The position numbers and the translations under genes are program-made. This document shows positions 37,158-47,475 of a DNA stretch of 64,000 nucleotides, piece by piece (within the stretch, counting starts at the first letter, position 1; each line of letters starts with the position of its first letter). This DNA comes from Lysobacteraceae bacterium (lineage in GTDB: Bacteria > Pseudomonadota > Gammaproteobacteria > Xanthomonadales > Xanthomonadaceae): assembly GCA_030681035.1 (NCBI GenBank), contig JAUXUI010000069.1:27674-91673 (forward strand), given 5' to 3'. The notes under the pieces are model-generated. The model did no database searches and had not been told where the DNA came from. It saw only the letters and a program-made list of their open reading frames with translations.

Positions 37158-38165
37158 CTACTCGTAGCGCAACTCACCCGCCTTGCCCCAGAACACCCGG
37201 TACGCATACACGGTGTAGGCGATGATCACCGGCAGGGTGATTGCCACGCCGACCAGGATGAAGCGCAGCGATGCCGGGGCGCTGGCGGCTTGCGTGTAGG
37301 TGATGCGATCCACCACCAGATACGGGAACAGGCTGTAGCCGAGGCCGGCGAAGGCGAGCATGAACAGGCTCACTGTGGCGGCAAACGGTTGCCAACTGCC
37401 GTAGCCGCGATGGTGGTGCAGGCGGCGCAGGGTGCGCTCGCACCAGGCGAACACCAGCGCGCTGGCGAGCGGTACCGGCAGCAGCCAGTAAAAGTTGGGC
37501 AGGGTGAACCACTTGACGTAGATGCGTTCGCTGATCAGCGGGGTGGCCAGCGATACCGCGACGATGCCGAGGCCGCACAGCCACAGTGCCCAGCGCGCCC
37601 AGCGCACTGCGCGCGATTTCAGTTCGCCCTCGGTCTTGAGGATCAGCCAGGTGGCGCCGAGCAGGGCGTAGCCGGCGAGCAGCCCGAGCGCGATCAATGC
37701 GGCGAATGCCATCGCCATGGCGCCGTCGCGAAAGCCGGTGATGTAACTGCCGAGCATGTAGCCTTGCGCCAGCGCGGTGATGATCGAGCCGCTGACGAAC
37801 ACCCGGTTCCACAGCGTCTTGTGGCTGGCGTGCGCCTTGACCCGGAAATCGAATGCGACACCGCGCAGCACCAGGCCAATCAGCATCACCGCCACCGGCA
37901 GGTACAAGGCGGTGAGGATCACCCCGTGCGCCTGCGGAAACGCGATCAACAGGATGCCGACGCCGAGCACCAGCCAGGTTTCGTTGGCATCCCAGAACGG
38001 TCCGATCGAAGCGATCATCACGTCTTTGTCGGCGTCGTCGGCCAGGGCCACCAGCGCGCCGACGCCGAGATCGAAGCCGTCGAGGATCACATAAGCCAGC
38101 ATCGCCGCGCCCATCAGGCCGACGAAGATCAGCGGCAGCAGTGCATCGGGAATGAGGGTGTCCAT
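37158..38165 (-). CDS. cydB: Cytochrome bd-type ubiquinol oxidase subunit II (CydB/CioB)
   Basis: Start MDTLIPDALLPLIFVGLMGAAMLAYVILDGFDLGVG...FWDANETW. TGATG overlap with cydA. Confidence 0.85.
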   Translation of the reverse strand: MDTLIPDALLPLIFVGLMGAAMLAYVILDGFDLGVGALVALADDADKDVMIASIGPFWDANETWLVLGVGILLIAFPQAHGVILTALYLPVAVMLIGLVLRGVAFDFRVKAHASHKTLWNRVFVSGSIITALAQGYMLGSYITGFRDGAMAMAFAALIALGLLAGYALLGATWLILKTEGELKSRAVRWARWALWLCGLGIVAVSLATPLISERIYVKWFTLPNFYWLLPVPLASALVFAWCERTLRRLHHHRGYGSWQPFAATVSLFMLAFAGLGYSLFPYLVVDRITYTQAASAPASLRFILVGVAITLPVIIAYTVYAYRVFWGKAGELRYE

Positions 38166-39517
38166 CAGGCCTCCCGCACATCGAGGATCGGTTGCCCCGG
38201 CGCGTGATCGTCGCCGGGAAGCGCAGCCTGCGCCTTGCGCGCCATATGGAACAACACCCAGACGTAGGCCAGCAACAGTGCCGCGTACAGTGCCAGATAC
38301 AGGCTCAGGCTGATTGCGATCAGCGGTGCGGGCACCGCCGATGCGGCATCGCTGCTGCGCAGGATGCCCTGCACCAGCCACGGCTGGCGCCCGATTTCGC
38401 TGACGTACCAGCCCGCCAGTACCGCCAGCCAGCCCGAGAAAGTCATCGCCAGCAGTGCCGTCAGCACCATCGGCGACAACGTGTCGCGGCGCCACAATTG
38501 CCAACGCGCCCACCACGCCACCAGCAGCATCAGCACGCCGATGCCGAGCATGGCGCGGAAGGCGAAGAACACCGGTGCCACCGGCGGGTGTGCATCAGGA
38601 AAACTGTCGAGGCCGCGCACCTCGCCATCCAATCGGTGGGTCAGAATCAGGCTGGCGCCGTTTGGAATGGCGATGGCGGCGCGATTGCTGCGGCTGGCTT
38701 CATCGGGTAGCGCAAACAACAGCAGCGGCGCGCCGCGCTCGTCCTGCCACACCGCTTCCATCGCAGCGACCTTGGCCGGCTGGTATTGCAAGGTGTTCAA
38801 CCCATGCAGATCACCAACGAAGATCTGCACCGGGATCAGCAGCGCGGCCACGGTGACCGCGGTGCGCAGGGTCTTGCGCAGTTCGTCGCTGCGCTCACCG
38901 CGACGCCAGCGATAGGCCGACAAGCCGGCCACCAGAAACGCAGCGGTCAGCCCGGAAGCCAGCATCATGTGGACGAAGCGATACGGGAACGAGGGGTTGA
39001 AGATCACCGCCCACCAGCTTTGCACATGCGCCACGCCATCGATCATCTCGAACCCCTGCGGCGTCTGCATCCACGAGTTGAGGGCGAGGATCCAGAATGC
39101 CGACACCGTGGTGCCGATGGCAACCAGCGCGGTCGCCAGGGTATGGATGCGCGGCGATACCCGCTGCTGGCCGAACAGCATGATGCCGAGGAAGCTGGCT
39201 TCAAGAAAAAATGCGGTCAGCACTTCGTAACCGAGCAGCGGCCCGGCGATGTTGCCGACCTTCTGCATGAAGCCCGGCCAGTTGGTACCGAACTGGAAAC
39301 TCATGGTGATGCCCGACACCACGCCGAGCGCAAACGTCAGCGCGAACACCTTCACCCAGGTGCGATAGGCCGCCGCCCAAGCCGGATCGCCGGTGTGGCG
39401 ATGGCGCAATTTGAAGAACAGCAGCAGCCACGCCAGCGCCAGAGTGATGCTGGGGAACAGGATGTGGAAACTCATGTTGGCGGCGAACTGCAAGCGCGCG
39501 AGCATGATCGGGTCCAT
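38165..39517 (-). CDS. cydA: Cytochrome bd-type ubiquinol oxidase subunit I (CydA/CioA, short Q-loop type)
   Basis: Start MDPIMLARLQFAANMSFHILFPSITLALAW. EASFLGIMLFG, GWYVSEIGRQPW. Confidence 0.85.
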   Translation of the reverse strand: MDPIMLARLQFAANMSFHILFPSITLALAWLLLFFKLRHRHTGDPAWAAAYRTWVKVFALTFALGVVSGITMSFQFGTNWPGFMQKVGNIAGPLLGYEVLTAFFLEASFLGIMLFGQQRVSPRIHTLATALVAIGTTVSAFWILALNSWMQTPQGFEMIDGVAHVQSWWAVIFNPSFPYRFVHMMLASGLTAAFLVAGLSAYRWRRGERSDELRKTLRTAVTVAALLIPVQIFVGDLHGLNTLQYQPAKVAAMEAVWQDERGAPLLLFALPDEASRSNRAAIAIPNGASLILTHRLDGEVRGLDSFPDAHPPVAPVFFAFRAMLGIGVLMLLVAWWARWQLWRRDTLSPMVLTALLAMTFSGWLAVLAGWYVSEIGRQPWLVQGILRSSDAASAVPAPLIAISLSLYLALYAALLLAYVWVLFHMARKAQAALPGDDHAPGQPILDVREA

Positions 39518-39712
39518 CGACGACTCTCCTGAGTACCGGCAGCGAAATCCGGTGTCCAGCCTGTGGATCAAACTGGATACCGCTATGGTTTCTCTGAATA
39601 AGCGGTCATTGTGAGGGGCGGAGCGATGTGGCATACGATTCCGCATGGCCTTCAGGCCATAGCGGATCGGAGTCCTTTAGGGCAATCCAGAAATGTCCGG
39701 GAAAACAAGTCG

Positions 39713-39741
39713 CTGGATTGCTTCGCTACGCTCGCAATGAC
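39713..39741. repeat. Degenerate hairpin repeat plus ACTTGTTCAGAG end motif (half MITE)
   Basis: ctggattgcttcgctacgctcgcaatgac is followed by gacttgttcagagcgttcc at 39752-39770. Confidence 0.5.
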
Positions 39742-39969
39742 GCCGAATTGGACTTGTTCAGAGCGTTCCTATCGTGGGTATGATGGAATCCCATCTGTGC
39801 AAGGCATCGCTGGTTTCAGCGATACCCTTTGTAACGCGATGTACAGGAAGCCGATTTTACACTGTCACTGGTCCGACGTGTGCCGGTGCGTTGAACCGTT
39901 GTGACCCGGCGCGCGGCGATTGTTGCGCATGCCGGGTCATGCCACTCGCGGCTTCTCGCCATTCCGCAA

Positions 39970-40347
39970 TCAGTTGCCGCGCCCGCCGCCTTGGCGTGGA
40001 CGTGAGCCCTGGCCATCACCGTAACGGCTGCCATCGCGCGCACGATCCTTATTGCCGGTGCCATCGCGCTTTTGTGTCTGCTGGCCTTGGCCGTTGTCGT
40101 CAGCGTTGCGCGGGCCAAACCCGGCTTGCGTACGCTCTTCTGGCGTCATGTTCTGGGCGCGCGACTGCATTTCGGTACGAAAACGCGCTTGATCGTCAGC
40201 GCTCATGTTGCGCGCTTCACTGCGCAATTGGATCAATTGTTCATTGCTCAGCGCGCTGTAGTCGGTGGCGTCCTGGGCGACGGCACTGCTGGCAAATGCA
40301 ATGGCAGCGAACAATGCAGTGGTGATCAACGCGGTCTTGAGGGTCAT
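39970..40347 (-). CDS. Small secreted protein with low-complexity basic/Gly tail (possible CpxP/Spy-like periplasmic modulator)
   Basis: Start MTLKTALITTALFAAIAFASSAVAQD (signal peptide). Helical segment SNEQLIQLRSEARNMSADDQARFRTEMQSRAQNMTPEERTQ. Divergent from the OmpR-family two-component genes. Confidence 0.5.
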   Translation of the reverse strand: MTLKTALITTALFAAIAFASSAVAQDATDYSALSNEQLIQLRSEARNMSADDQARFRTEMQSRAQNMTPEERTQAGFGPRNADDNGQGQQTQKRDGTGNKDRARDGSRYGDGQGSRPRQGGGRGN

Positions 40348-40516
40348 GGCCGATTTCCTTTCAGGGGGGAGGGATGGCACCTTGCAGGTACCGGTAGCCA
40401 AGGTGGACGATAGCGGTTTCGCGGCGATTTCCAACCGCATTCAAGATGTAACAAGATGTTGCGTCGCGGCCGCGTGCGCTTGCGGAATGTGGCGGTCAAC
40501 GCGCAGAGTTGACGCC

Positions 40517-41236
40517 ATGGAGCACAACAGCGAGCACATTCTCATCGTCGATGACGACCCCGACTTGAGTCAGCGGCTGGCGCGCTATCTTGAAGAACAG
40601 GGGTATTCGGTTGCACTGGCCGGTGATGGCGAGCAGATGTTTGCGCAGATGGCGGTGCGCAGGCCGGATCTGCTGCTGCTCGATCTGATGTTGCCGGGTG
40701 AAGATGGCTTGTCGCTGGCGCGTCGCCTGCGGGCCGATCAATGGGTGCCGATCATCATGTTGTCGGCGCGTGGCGAGGATGTGGATCGCATCGTCGGGTT
40801 GGAAGTGGGGGCTGACGATTACCTGGCCAAGCCATTCAATCCGCGTGAACTGCTGGCACGGATTCGTGCGGTACTCAGGCGCCGCAGCGGCCCGACAACC
40901 CATCTGCCACCGGCCCGGCAGACCTATGCGTTCGGGCCGTTCCGGCTCGATCCGATCGGCCATCGCATTACGCGTAATGGCGCTGAAGTCACATTGACTT
41001 CGGCCGAGTTCAGCTTGCTGCGGCTATTCAACGAGCACCCCAACCAGGTGCTCAGTCGTGATCGCCTGATTGACCTGTTGAAGGGCTACGACCGCTCCCC
41101 GTTTGATCGCTCCGTTGACGTGCGCGTCACGCGGTTGCGGCGCAAGATCGAAGTCGATCCGACAGTGCCGCAGTTCATCCGCACCATCTGGGGCGAAGGC
41201 TATTTGTTCGCGCCCGATGGCGGTCAGCAGCCATGA
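40517..41236 (+). CDS. OmpR/PhoB-family response regulator
   Basis: ILIVDDDPDLSQRLARYLEEQGY, LLLLDLMLPGEDG. Winged-helix output domain (VDVRVTRLRRKIE, IRTIWGEGYLF). Confidence 0.9.
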   Translation: MEHNSEHILIVDDDPDLSQRLARYLEEQGYSVALAGDGEQMFAQMAVRRPDLLLLDLMLPGEDGLSLARRLRADQWVPIIMLSARGEDVDRIVGLEVGADDYLAKPFNPRELLARIRAVLRRRSGPTTHLPPARQTYAFGPFRLDPIGHRITRNGAEVTLTSAEFSLLRLFNEHPNQVLSRDRLIDLLKGYDRSPFDRSVDVRVTRLRRKIEVDPTVPQFIRTIWGEGYLFAPDGGQQP

Positions 41237-42531
41237 AACGGTTGCGCCTTGGCTTGTTCTGGCGAACCGCGCTCGCGCTGATTGTGCCGTTTTTGTTGGT
41301 GCAATCGGCGTTGGTGGCGGTGTTCGTGGTGCAGGTAAACCTGCCGCTGGCACGCAGCGCCACCGAGGATCTGGCGGCGTTGATTACCTTGGCGACGCAG
41401 ACGTGGGTGGAGTTGCCGCCGGAAACTCGCGCTGATTACCAGGCCGAGTTGCGGTCGAACCATCATTTGCTGATGCAGCCGGCGCATGGTCCGCAGCCGG
41501 GCGTGGAGACGCACTGGCCTTATCTGGCGCTATTGCAGAACGCGTTGACCGAGCGCATGGGTGTTGAATCGCACCTCACGCGCAGCAGCAACCCCGAGAT
41601 GTACTGGGTTGATCTGCCGACGCCCGAGGCGGTTCTTCGGATCGGCTTCAGCCACGACCGGATTGGAGCTTATCCATCGCGTGTCGTGATCGCTGGCGTA
41701 TTGGCCATTGTGCTGGCCTCGTTGCTTACTGCGATGTTGCTCGCGCGCTGGTTGACGCGGCCATTGGCGCGACTGGCCCGGGCAACGGATGCGGTTGGGC
41801 AAGGCGATTTGCCGCCACCGCTGCCAGAATCCGGGCCGCGCGAGTTGCAGCTGCTGGCTAGGCGCTTCAACCACATGGCACGCGACGTGCGCCACCTGCT
41901 GGAAAGCCGGACGACCTTGCTGGCCGGAGTCTCGCACGACCTGCGCACGCCGTTGGCGCGTTTGCGACTATCGCTGGCGATGCTGCCCGAGTCCGTCGAT
42001 TCGGTGTTGATCGCCGATATCGAGCGCGATGTCGAGAGCATGGATCGGTTGATCGGTCAGCACCTGAGTTTCGCGCGTGGTGCTGCGCGCGAGGTACCGC
42101 AACCTTGCGATCTGGGCGAAATCCTGGATGAAGCGATAGCCGACGTGCGCCGTCAAGGGGCACAGGTGATCTGGCAGGCACCGGATCACTGCATCCGCAG
42201 CATACCGGTGCTGGCACTGCGGCGGGCATTGGCCAACTTGCTGGACAACGCTTGGCGGCACGGGCAGGGCAGCGCGCTGGAGGTGCAACTGGATTGCGCA
42301 CCGGCGCAGGCGGTGGTGCGGATTCTGGATCGCGGCCCGGGGGTCGCCGAGGATGAGCGCGAGAGCGTGTTCGAGCCGTTCCGGCGTGCGCGGCAATCGC
42401 GTGCCCCCGGCAGCGGCCTGGGGTTGGCGATCGTCCGCCAATTGGCCCAGGCCAACGGCTGGGCGGTGAACCTGCATGCACGCGATGGCGGCGGAACCGA
42501 GGCGCGTGTGGAAATGCCGACGTCTGCGTAG
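41233..42531 (+). CDS. EnvZ/CpxA-like sensor histidine kinase
   Basis: HAMP region followed by the H-box LLAGVSHDLRTPLARLRL. N, G1 and G2 boxes (LLDNAWRHG, DRGPGV, GSGLGLAIV). The start overlaps the regulator stop. Confidence 0.85.
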   Translation: MKRLRLGLFWRTALALIVPFLLVQSALVAVFVVQVNLPLARSATEDLAALITLATQTWVELPPETRADYQAELRSNHHLLMQPAHGPQPGVETHWPYLALLQNALTERMGVESHLTRSSNPEMYWVDLPTPEAVLRIGFSHDRIGAYPSRVVIAGVLAIVLASLLTAMLLARWLTRPLARLARATDAVGQGDLPPPLPESGPRELQLLARRFNHMARDVRHLLESRTTLLAGVSHDLRTPLARLRLSLAMLPESVDSVLIADIERDVESMDRLIGQHLSFARGAAREVPQPCDLGEILDEAIADVRRQGAQVIWQAPDHCIRSIPVLALRRALANLLDNAWRHGQGSALEVQLDCAPAQAVVRILDRGPGVAEDERESVFEPFRRARQSRAPGSGLGLAIVRQLAQANGWAVNLHARDGGGTEARVEMPTSA

Positions 42532-42888
42532 ATCGGCTCATGCAGTGCTACAGAAACATCTTGTAACTATTTTTCGTGCTGTGGAAATGGCAAGGAAACT
42601 TTTGCTGTTCATGCTTGAACACAAGGCACTCGTGAGGTGCCAGCGTGTTGAACGGTTCCGGCCGGCTTCGCCGAGCCCTCCCCCTCCCCTCCTGGCGGAG
42701 TCGGTCTGGAACCCCAACCCACAACATTCTCCTCTGGAACAAGCGATGAGCACGCAGACTTTCCCTGACAGCAGGCGCTTGCTTCTTTGGGTGCCACCGA
42801 ATGCGATGCCATCCATGCTCCTGACACGCGGCCGTTGCGATGCGAAGCGTGTGGTTTCGATACGGCATTGCGGCATTGGGGCGGCACA

Positions 42889-44040
42889 ATGAAGCGCCTG
42901 CGATTGCACCGCCGTACCCTGACCCTGTTGGCCGTTGTCGTTCCGTTGCTGCTCCTGTTGGGGTATGTCGCGCTGCGCTCCGGGCCAATGGCGCCGGTTG
43001 CGGTAACCGTCGCCACGGTGCAATCGCAGGCGCTGGCGCCCGCGCTGTACGGTATCGGCACGGTCGATGCGCGCTACACGTACAAGATCGGCCCAACCTT
43101 TGCCGGGCGCTTGCAGCGGCTCGATGTGGATGTCGGCGATCAGGTAGCGGCCGGGCAGGTGCTCGGCGAAATGGATCCGGTTGATCTGGATGACCGCGTA
43201 CGCTCGCAGGAGTCCACATTCAAGCGTGCGCAAGCGGCGCTGCGCGAGGCCGAGGCGCGGCAGGCGTATGCTCGTGCGCAGTTGGCCCGCTATCAACAAT
43301 TGCTGGTCGCACGCCTGATCAGCGAGGAAGTCGTCGCCACCCGGCAGCAGGAATTGCAGATCGCCGATGCGGTGTTGTCGGCAGCGCGCGAGGACATCGC
43401 CCGAACGCGATCCGATCGCGAGGCGTTGCTGGCGCAGCGCAGCAATCTGCGCCTGATCGCGCCAGTCGATGGTGTGGTGTCGCTGCGCCATGTCGATCCC
43501 GGTACCACCGTTGTTGCCGGTCAGGCGGTGGTGGAAGTGATCGAGCCAAGCAGCCTGTGGATCAATGTGCGTTTTGATCAGATCAGCGCGACGGGGCTGG
43601 TTGCGGGCTTGTCTGCACGCATCGTGCTGCGTTCGCGCAGCGGGCAAGTGCTGAATGGCCGGGTGGCAAGGGTTGAACCGATGGCCGATGCGGTGACCGA
43701 GGAGACGCTTGCCAAGGTGGCCTTCGACCAACAACCGGAGGCGATGCCGCCGATCGGCGAACTGGCTGAGGTGACGGTCGATTTGCCGGCACTTGCCGCC
43801 GCGCCGGTGATCCCCAATGCCGCGGTTCGGCGCGAGGGTGAGCGACTCGGCGTATGGCAGATCGTCGATGGCGATCCGTATTTCACGGTGCTTGTACTCG
43901 GTGCCTCGGACCTTGATGGGCACGTGCAGGTACGCAGCGGGCTGAAGATGGGCGATCAGCTGATTGTCTACAGTGAAAAACAGCTGACGGCGCGCAGCCG
44001 TATCGATATCGTCGAACGCATTCCGGGCGTGTCGCCGTGA
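42889..44040 (+). CDS. HlyD/MacA-like periplasmic adaptor of an ABC exporter
   Basis: Start MKRLRLHRRTLTLLAVVVPLLLLLG. Coiled-coil region, then LRLIAPVDGVVSLRHVDPGTTV. Confidence 0.8.
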   Translation: MKRLRLHRRTLTLLAVVVPLLLLLGYVALRSGPMAPVAVTVATVQSQALAPALYGIGTVDARYTYKIGPTFAGRLQRLDVDVGDQVAAGQVLGEMDPVDLDDRVRSQESTFKRAQAALREAEARQAYARAQLARYQQLLVARLISEEVVATRQQELQIADAVLSAAREDIARTRSDREALLAQRSNLRLIAPVDGVVSLRHVDPGTTVVAGQAVVEVIEPSSLWINVRFDQISATGLVAGLSARIVLRSRSGQVLNGRVARVEPMADAVTEETLAKVAFDQQPEAMPPIGELAEVTVDLPALAAAPVIPNAAVRREGERLGVWQIVDGDPYFTVLVLGASDLDGHVQVRSGLKMGDQLIVYSEKQLTARSRIDIVERIPGVSP

Positions 44041-45239
44041 TCAGCCTGGCCGGTCGCGACATCCTGCATGCCTGGGGCAAGTTCGTGTTCACCGGCATCG
44101 GCCTGGGTTTGTTGATCGGCGTGACGCTGGTCATGGCCGGCGTCTATCGCGGCATGGTGGACGATGGCAAGGCGCTGCTCGATAACAGCGGTGCCGACCT
44201 TTGGGTGGTGCAGCGCGACACCCTGGGCCCGTACGCCGAGTCGTCCAGTCTGCCGGACGACGCTTACCGCAGCATTCTCGCCATGCCTGGCGTAGCCGAG
44301 GCCGCCAACGTCACCTACCTGACCATGCAGGTGCGCGCAGGCGAGCGTGATGTTCGGGCGATGGTGGTTGGCATCATGCCCGGCCGGTTGGGGGCCACGC
44401 CGGGATGGCCGCCGTATCTGGTGGCCGGACGCCAGATTACCCGCAGCCACTACGAGGCGGTGGCGGATATCGCCGCCGGTTTCAGGCTGGGTGAGCGTCT
44501 GTCGATTCGCCGCAGTCAGTACACCGTGGTCGGGCTGACCCGGCGCATAGTGTCTTCCAGTGGCGACCCGATGGTGTTCATTCCGCTAAAGGATGCACAG
44601 GAAGCGCAGTTCCTCAAGGACAACGAGGCCATCTGGCAAAGCCGTCGCCGGACCGCGGCCAATCCCGCGTTCAACCGGCCCGGCGTGCCCGGCTTGCTCG
44701 AAGCGGTGATTGCCTCGCAAAGCAGCAATGCATCGGTCAATGCGGTGCTGGTGAGGTTGAAGCCAGGTCATGCGCCGGACCCGGTGGCCGAGTCCATCCG
44801 TCGCTGGAAACACCTGACCGTGTACACCCGAACGCAGATGGAGGAGATTTTGATTGGCAAGCTGATTGCCACTTCATCACGGCAGATCGGCATGTTTCTG
44901 GTGATCCTTGCCATCGTCAGTGCCGCCATCGTGGCATTCATCATCTACTCGCTGACCATGGACAAGATTCGCGAGATCGCGGTCTTGAAATTGATCGGCA
45001 CGCGCAACCGCACCATCGCCGCGATGATCATGCAACAGGCGATCGCGCTCGGGCTGATCGGTTTCGTGGTGGGCAAGATCACCGCAACCTTCGCGGCGCC
45101 GCTGTTCCCGAAGTACGTGCTGCTGATCGCGCGCGATGCGGTGTCCGGCTTTTTCGCAGTATTGGTGATCTGCGTCCTGGCCAGCCTGGTCGCCATTCGC
45201 ATGGCGCTCAAGGTTGATCCGGCCGAAGCGATTGGTTGA
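44037..45239 (+). CDS. ABC transporter permease, FtsX/MacB-like (DevC-type)
   Basis: N-terminal TM segment, large periplasmic domain, and C-terminal FtsX-like 3-TM bundle (IAVLKLIGTRNRTI). Confidence 0.8.
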   Translation: MISLAGRDILHAWGKFVFTGIGLGLLIGVTLVMAGVYRGMVDDGKALLDNSGADLWVVQRDTLGPYAESSSLPDDAYRSILAMPGVAEAANVTYLTMQVRAGERDVRAMVVGIMPGRLGATPGWPPYLVAGRQITRSHYEAVADIAAGFRLGERLSIRRSQYTVVGLTRRIVSSSGDPMVFIPLKDAQEAQFLKDNEAIWQSRRRTAANPAFNRPGVPGLLEAVIASQSSNASVNAVLVRLKPGHAPDPVAESIRRWKHLTVYTRTQMEEILIGKLIATSSRQIGMFLVILAIVSAAIVAFIIYSLTMDKIREIAVLKLIGTRNRTIAAMIMQQAIALGLIGFVVGKITATFAAPLFPKYVLLIARDAVSGFFAVLVICVLASLVAIRMALKVDPAEAIG

Positions 45240-45243
45240 TCAA

Positions 45244-45954
45244 ATGAAAACGAACGGTATCCGTGTCGAGGGTTTGAGCAAGCGTTATGGCAAGGGCGCT
45301 GCTGCCGTCGATGCGTTGAAGCTCGTCAACATGCAGGTGGCGCCGGGCGAGGTTGTGGGTTTGATCGGGCCCTCGGGCTCGGGCAAGAGCACCCTGCTCA
45401 AGTGCCTGGGCGCGGTAATCGACCCCACGGCCGGGCGCATGATCCTGGGCGACGAGGTGACCTATGACGACGGCTGGAAAGTGCGCGATTTGCGCGCCTT
45501 GCGCCGCGACAAGATCGGCTTCGTGTTCCAGGCGCCATACCTGATCCCGTTTCTCGATGCCACCGACAACGTCGCGCTGTTGCCGATGTTGGCCGGGGTG
45601 GCCAACGCCGAGGCGCGCGCCAAGGCGCTGGAGCTGCTTGCCGCACTGGATGTCCAGCATCGCGCCAAGGCGATGCCATCCGAGCTCTCCGGCGGCGAGC
45701 AACAGCGGATTTCCATTGCGCGTGGTCTGGTCAACCGCCCGCCGGTGATTCTGGCCGATGAGCCAACCGCGCCGCTCGATTCGGTGCGTGCGATGGCCGT
45801 CATCCGCATCCTCAACGACATGGCACGCAAGTTTGAAACCGCGATCATTGTGGTCACCCACGATGAAAAAATCATCCCGACGTTCAAACGCATCTATCAC
45901 ATTCGCGACGGCGTGACCCACGAGGAAGCCGGCGAGGGTAGGGCGTTCGCATGA
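45244..45954 (+). CDS. ABC transporter ATP-binding protein
   Basis: Walker A GPSGSGKST, signature LSGGEQQR, Walker B ILADEPT. Confidence 0.88.
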   Translation: MKTNGIRVEGLSKRYGKGAAAVDALKLVNMQVAPGEVVGLIGPSGSGKSTLLKCLGAVIDPTAGRMILGDEVTYDDGWKVRDLRALRRDKIGFVFQAPYLIPFLDATDNVALLPMLAGVANAEARAKALELLAALDVQHRAKAMPSELSGGEQQRISIARGLVNRPPVILADEPTAPLDSVRAMAVIRILNDMARKFETAIIVVTHDEKIIPTFKRIYHIRDGVTHEEAGEGRAFA

Positions 45955-46478
45955 ACCGTTGCAACAGGAGGCAGATGATGACATCGCGATATCGCAGTGG
46001 TGGGGGGCTGATGGCTGCCGGGTGGCTGTTTGCCATCGCCGGAGCCGGTAGTGCAACCATCACGATGGCGCAGGAGCACGTTGAGTCGCCGCATCGCCAC
46101 GACGGGCAGGGACGGGGGTTGCCCGACACGGCGCAGTCCGCGCTCTTTACTACCGATGCACCATTGCGTGCGGGCATGGCGCGAGTTCGCACAGCGGTAG
46201 CGGCGATTGTGCCGGACTATCGGCAGCGTGGATTGAGCCGCGAACAGGCGACGGCGCTGGCGAGCGAAATCGAACAAAGCGTCAACTACCTGTTCGCCAA
46301 CTGTCGGCTTGAACCGGCTGCCGATGCATCTTTGCACGGGTTATTGGCGCCATTGCTGCAAGGGGCCGCCGCACTGCGTCGCGATCCGGCCGCAGACGAT
46401 GGCATGCCGCCGGTGCTGGCGGCATTGGAAAGTTATCCCCGGTTGTTCCTGGATACGCAGTGGCAGGTGGTTCCGTAG
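45951..46478 (+). CDS. Hypothetical secreted/membrane-anchored protein translationally coupled to the ABC exporter
   Basis: The ATGA start overlaps the ATPase stop. Hydrophobic N-terminus LMAAGWLFAIAGAGSA. No family recognised. Confidence 0.45.
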   Translation: MNRCNRRQMMTSRYRSGGGLMAAGWLFAIAGAGSATITMAQEHVESPHRHDGQGRGLPDTAQSALFTTDAPLRAGMARVRTAVAAIVPDYRQRGLSREQATALASEIEQSVNYLFANCRLEPAADASLHGLLAPLLQGAAALRRDPAADDGMPPVLAALESYPRLFLDTQWQVVP

Positions 46479-46566
46479 CAAGCGCCCGGCACCGCGTGCC
46501 GCACATTGCCGCGTCGTTGCTGCGTAAGCGTCGGCTCCCGCCCTGCGGGCTTTGCGCCGACCTACT

Positions 46567-47388
46567 TCAAGGTGCCGGCGCCGCGAACGCAGCGTTGAGC
46601 AACATCGCAAGCCGCACACCGGCCATATGCAGGCGCCTTTCTGCCAGTGGCCGGTGCTTTTTCAGGTAGCTGCTGCTGATTTTGTGGCGCCCTGGGTAGA
46701 GTGATGCGCTGCCGATCAGCTTGCATGACTCCATTGCCCATTCGCGGGCGCCGCTGCGCGGTGGCAGGTCGTTGCGCGCCAGCACCAGCGTGTCGCTGCC
46801 AAGGCGCTGGCTGATGCCTTGCCAGCCGCCATCATGTTGCAGCGGCTGGCGCAGGATCAGGCTGTCCCACACGCTGTGCAGGTTCCAGGCTTCGCCTTGG
46901 TAACTGATCTGGAAATCGTTGCCGCCGCGATCCGAACGCAGCCCGGCATGCATCGGCTGGTGTTCGTCACCGACGAAATGGACCACGAACTTCAGTGCCT
47001 CGATGCGCTTTTGCCGTGGCTGCGAGCGATCAGCCAACACCCGCAGTTGCGCGTTGATGGCGCCGATCACGCAATTGCCGTTGGCGCAGTCGCGCGCGGG
47101 CTGGTAGTCGCAGCCAAGGTCTGGCAGGTTGAGGTAGTGCCAGGGCCCGGTGAATCGCCAGTTTTCCTCGCTGCGGATGGTATCGGCCCAGTTCGATACG
47201 CCGGCGAGGTTGGGTTCGGCTTCGTCCAGCAGCAGCGCATTGACCTCGGCTTTGGCCTGCGCCGACAGCAGCGGCTCGGCCACCGCGCCGACAATGCGGT
47301 GCCCATCCGGGCCCCAGGCGCGCGCCGGCGGCACGAAAAACAGGCTGCAAAACAACAAGGAGCACAGGATTTGGCGCAATGACGGCAC
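46567..47388 (-). CDS. S1/P1 family nuclease (secreted)
   Basis: The start is GTG or TTG. Signal peptide ...LCSLLFCSLFFVPPARA, then WGPDGHRIVG...NWADTIR...PWHYLN...HFVGDEHQPMH...WNLHSVWD. The rest of track ORF 46567-48774 is antisense of gap. Confidence 0.8.
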   Translation of the reverse strand: MPSLRQILCSLLFCSLFFVPPARAWGPDGHRIVGAVAEPLLSAQAKAEVNALLLDEAEPNLAGVSNWADTIRSEENWRFTGPWHYLNLPDLGCDYQPARDCANGNCVIGAINAQLRVLADRSQPRQKRIEALKFVVHFVGDEHQPMHAGLRSDRGGNDFQISYQGEAWNLHSVWDSLILRQPLQHDGGWQGISQRLGSDTLVLARNDLPPRSGAREWAMESCKLIGSASLYPGRHKISSSYLKKHRPLAERRLHMAGVRLAMLLNAAFAAPAP

Positions 47389-47475
47389 GGCGGCGTTTCC
47401 GGTAAGTGGCAGGAGCGTTAAGATAGACGATTCCCACGTCAGCCGCTGTCGCGGCCCCACAGCAAAGGAGTAACC

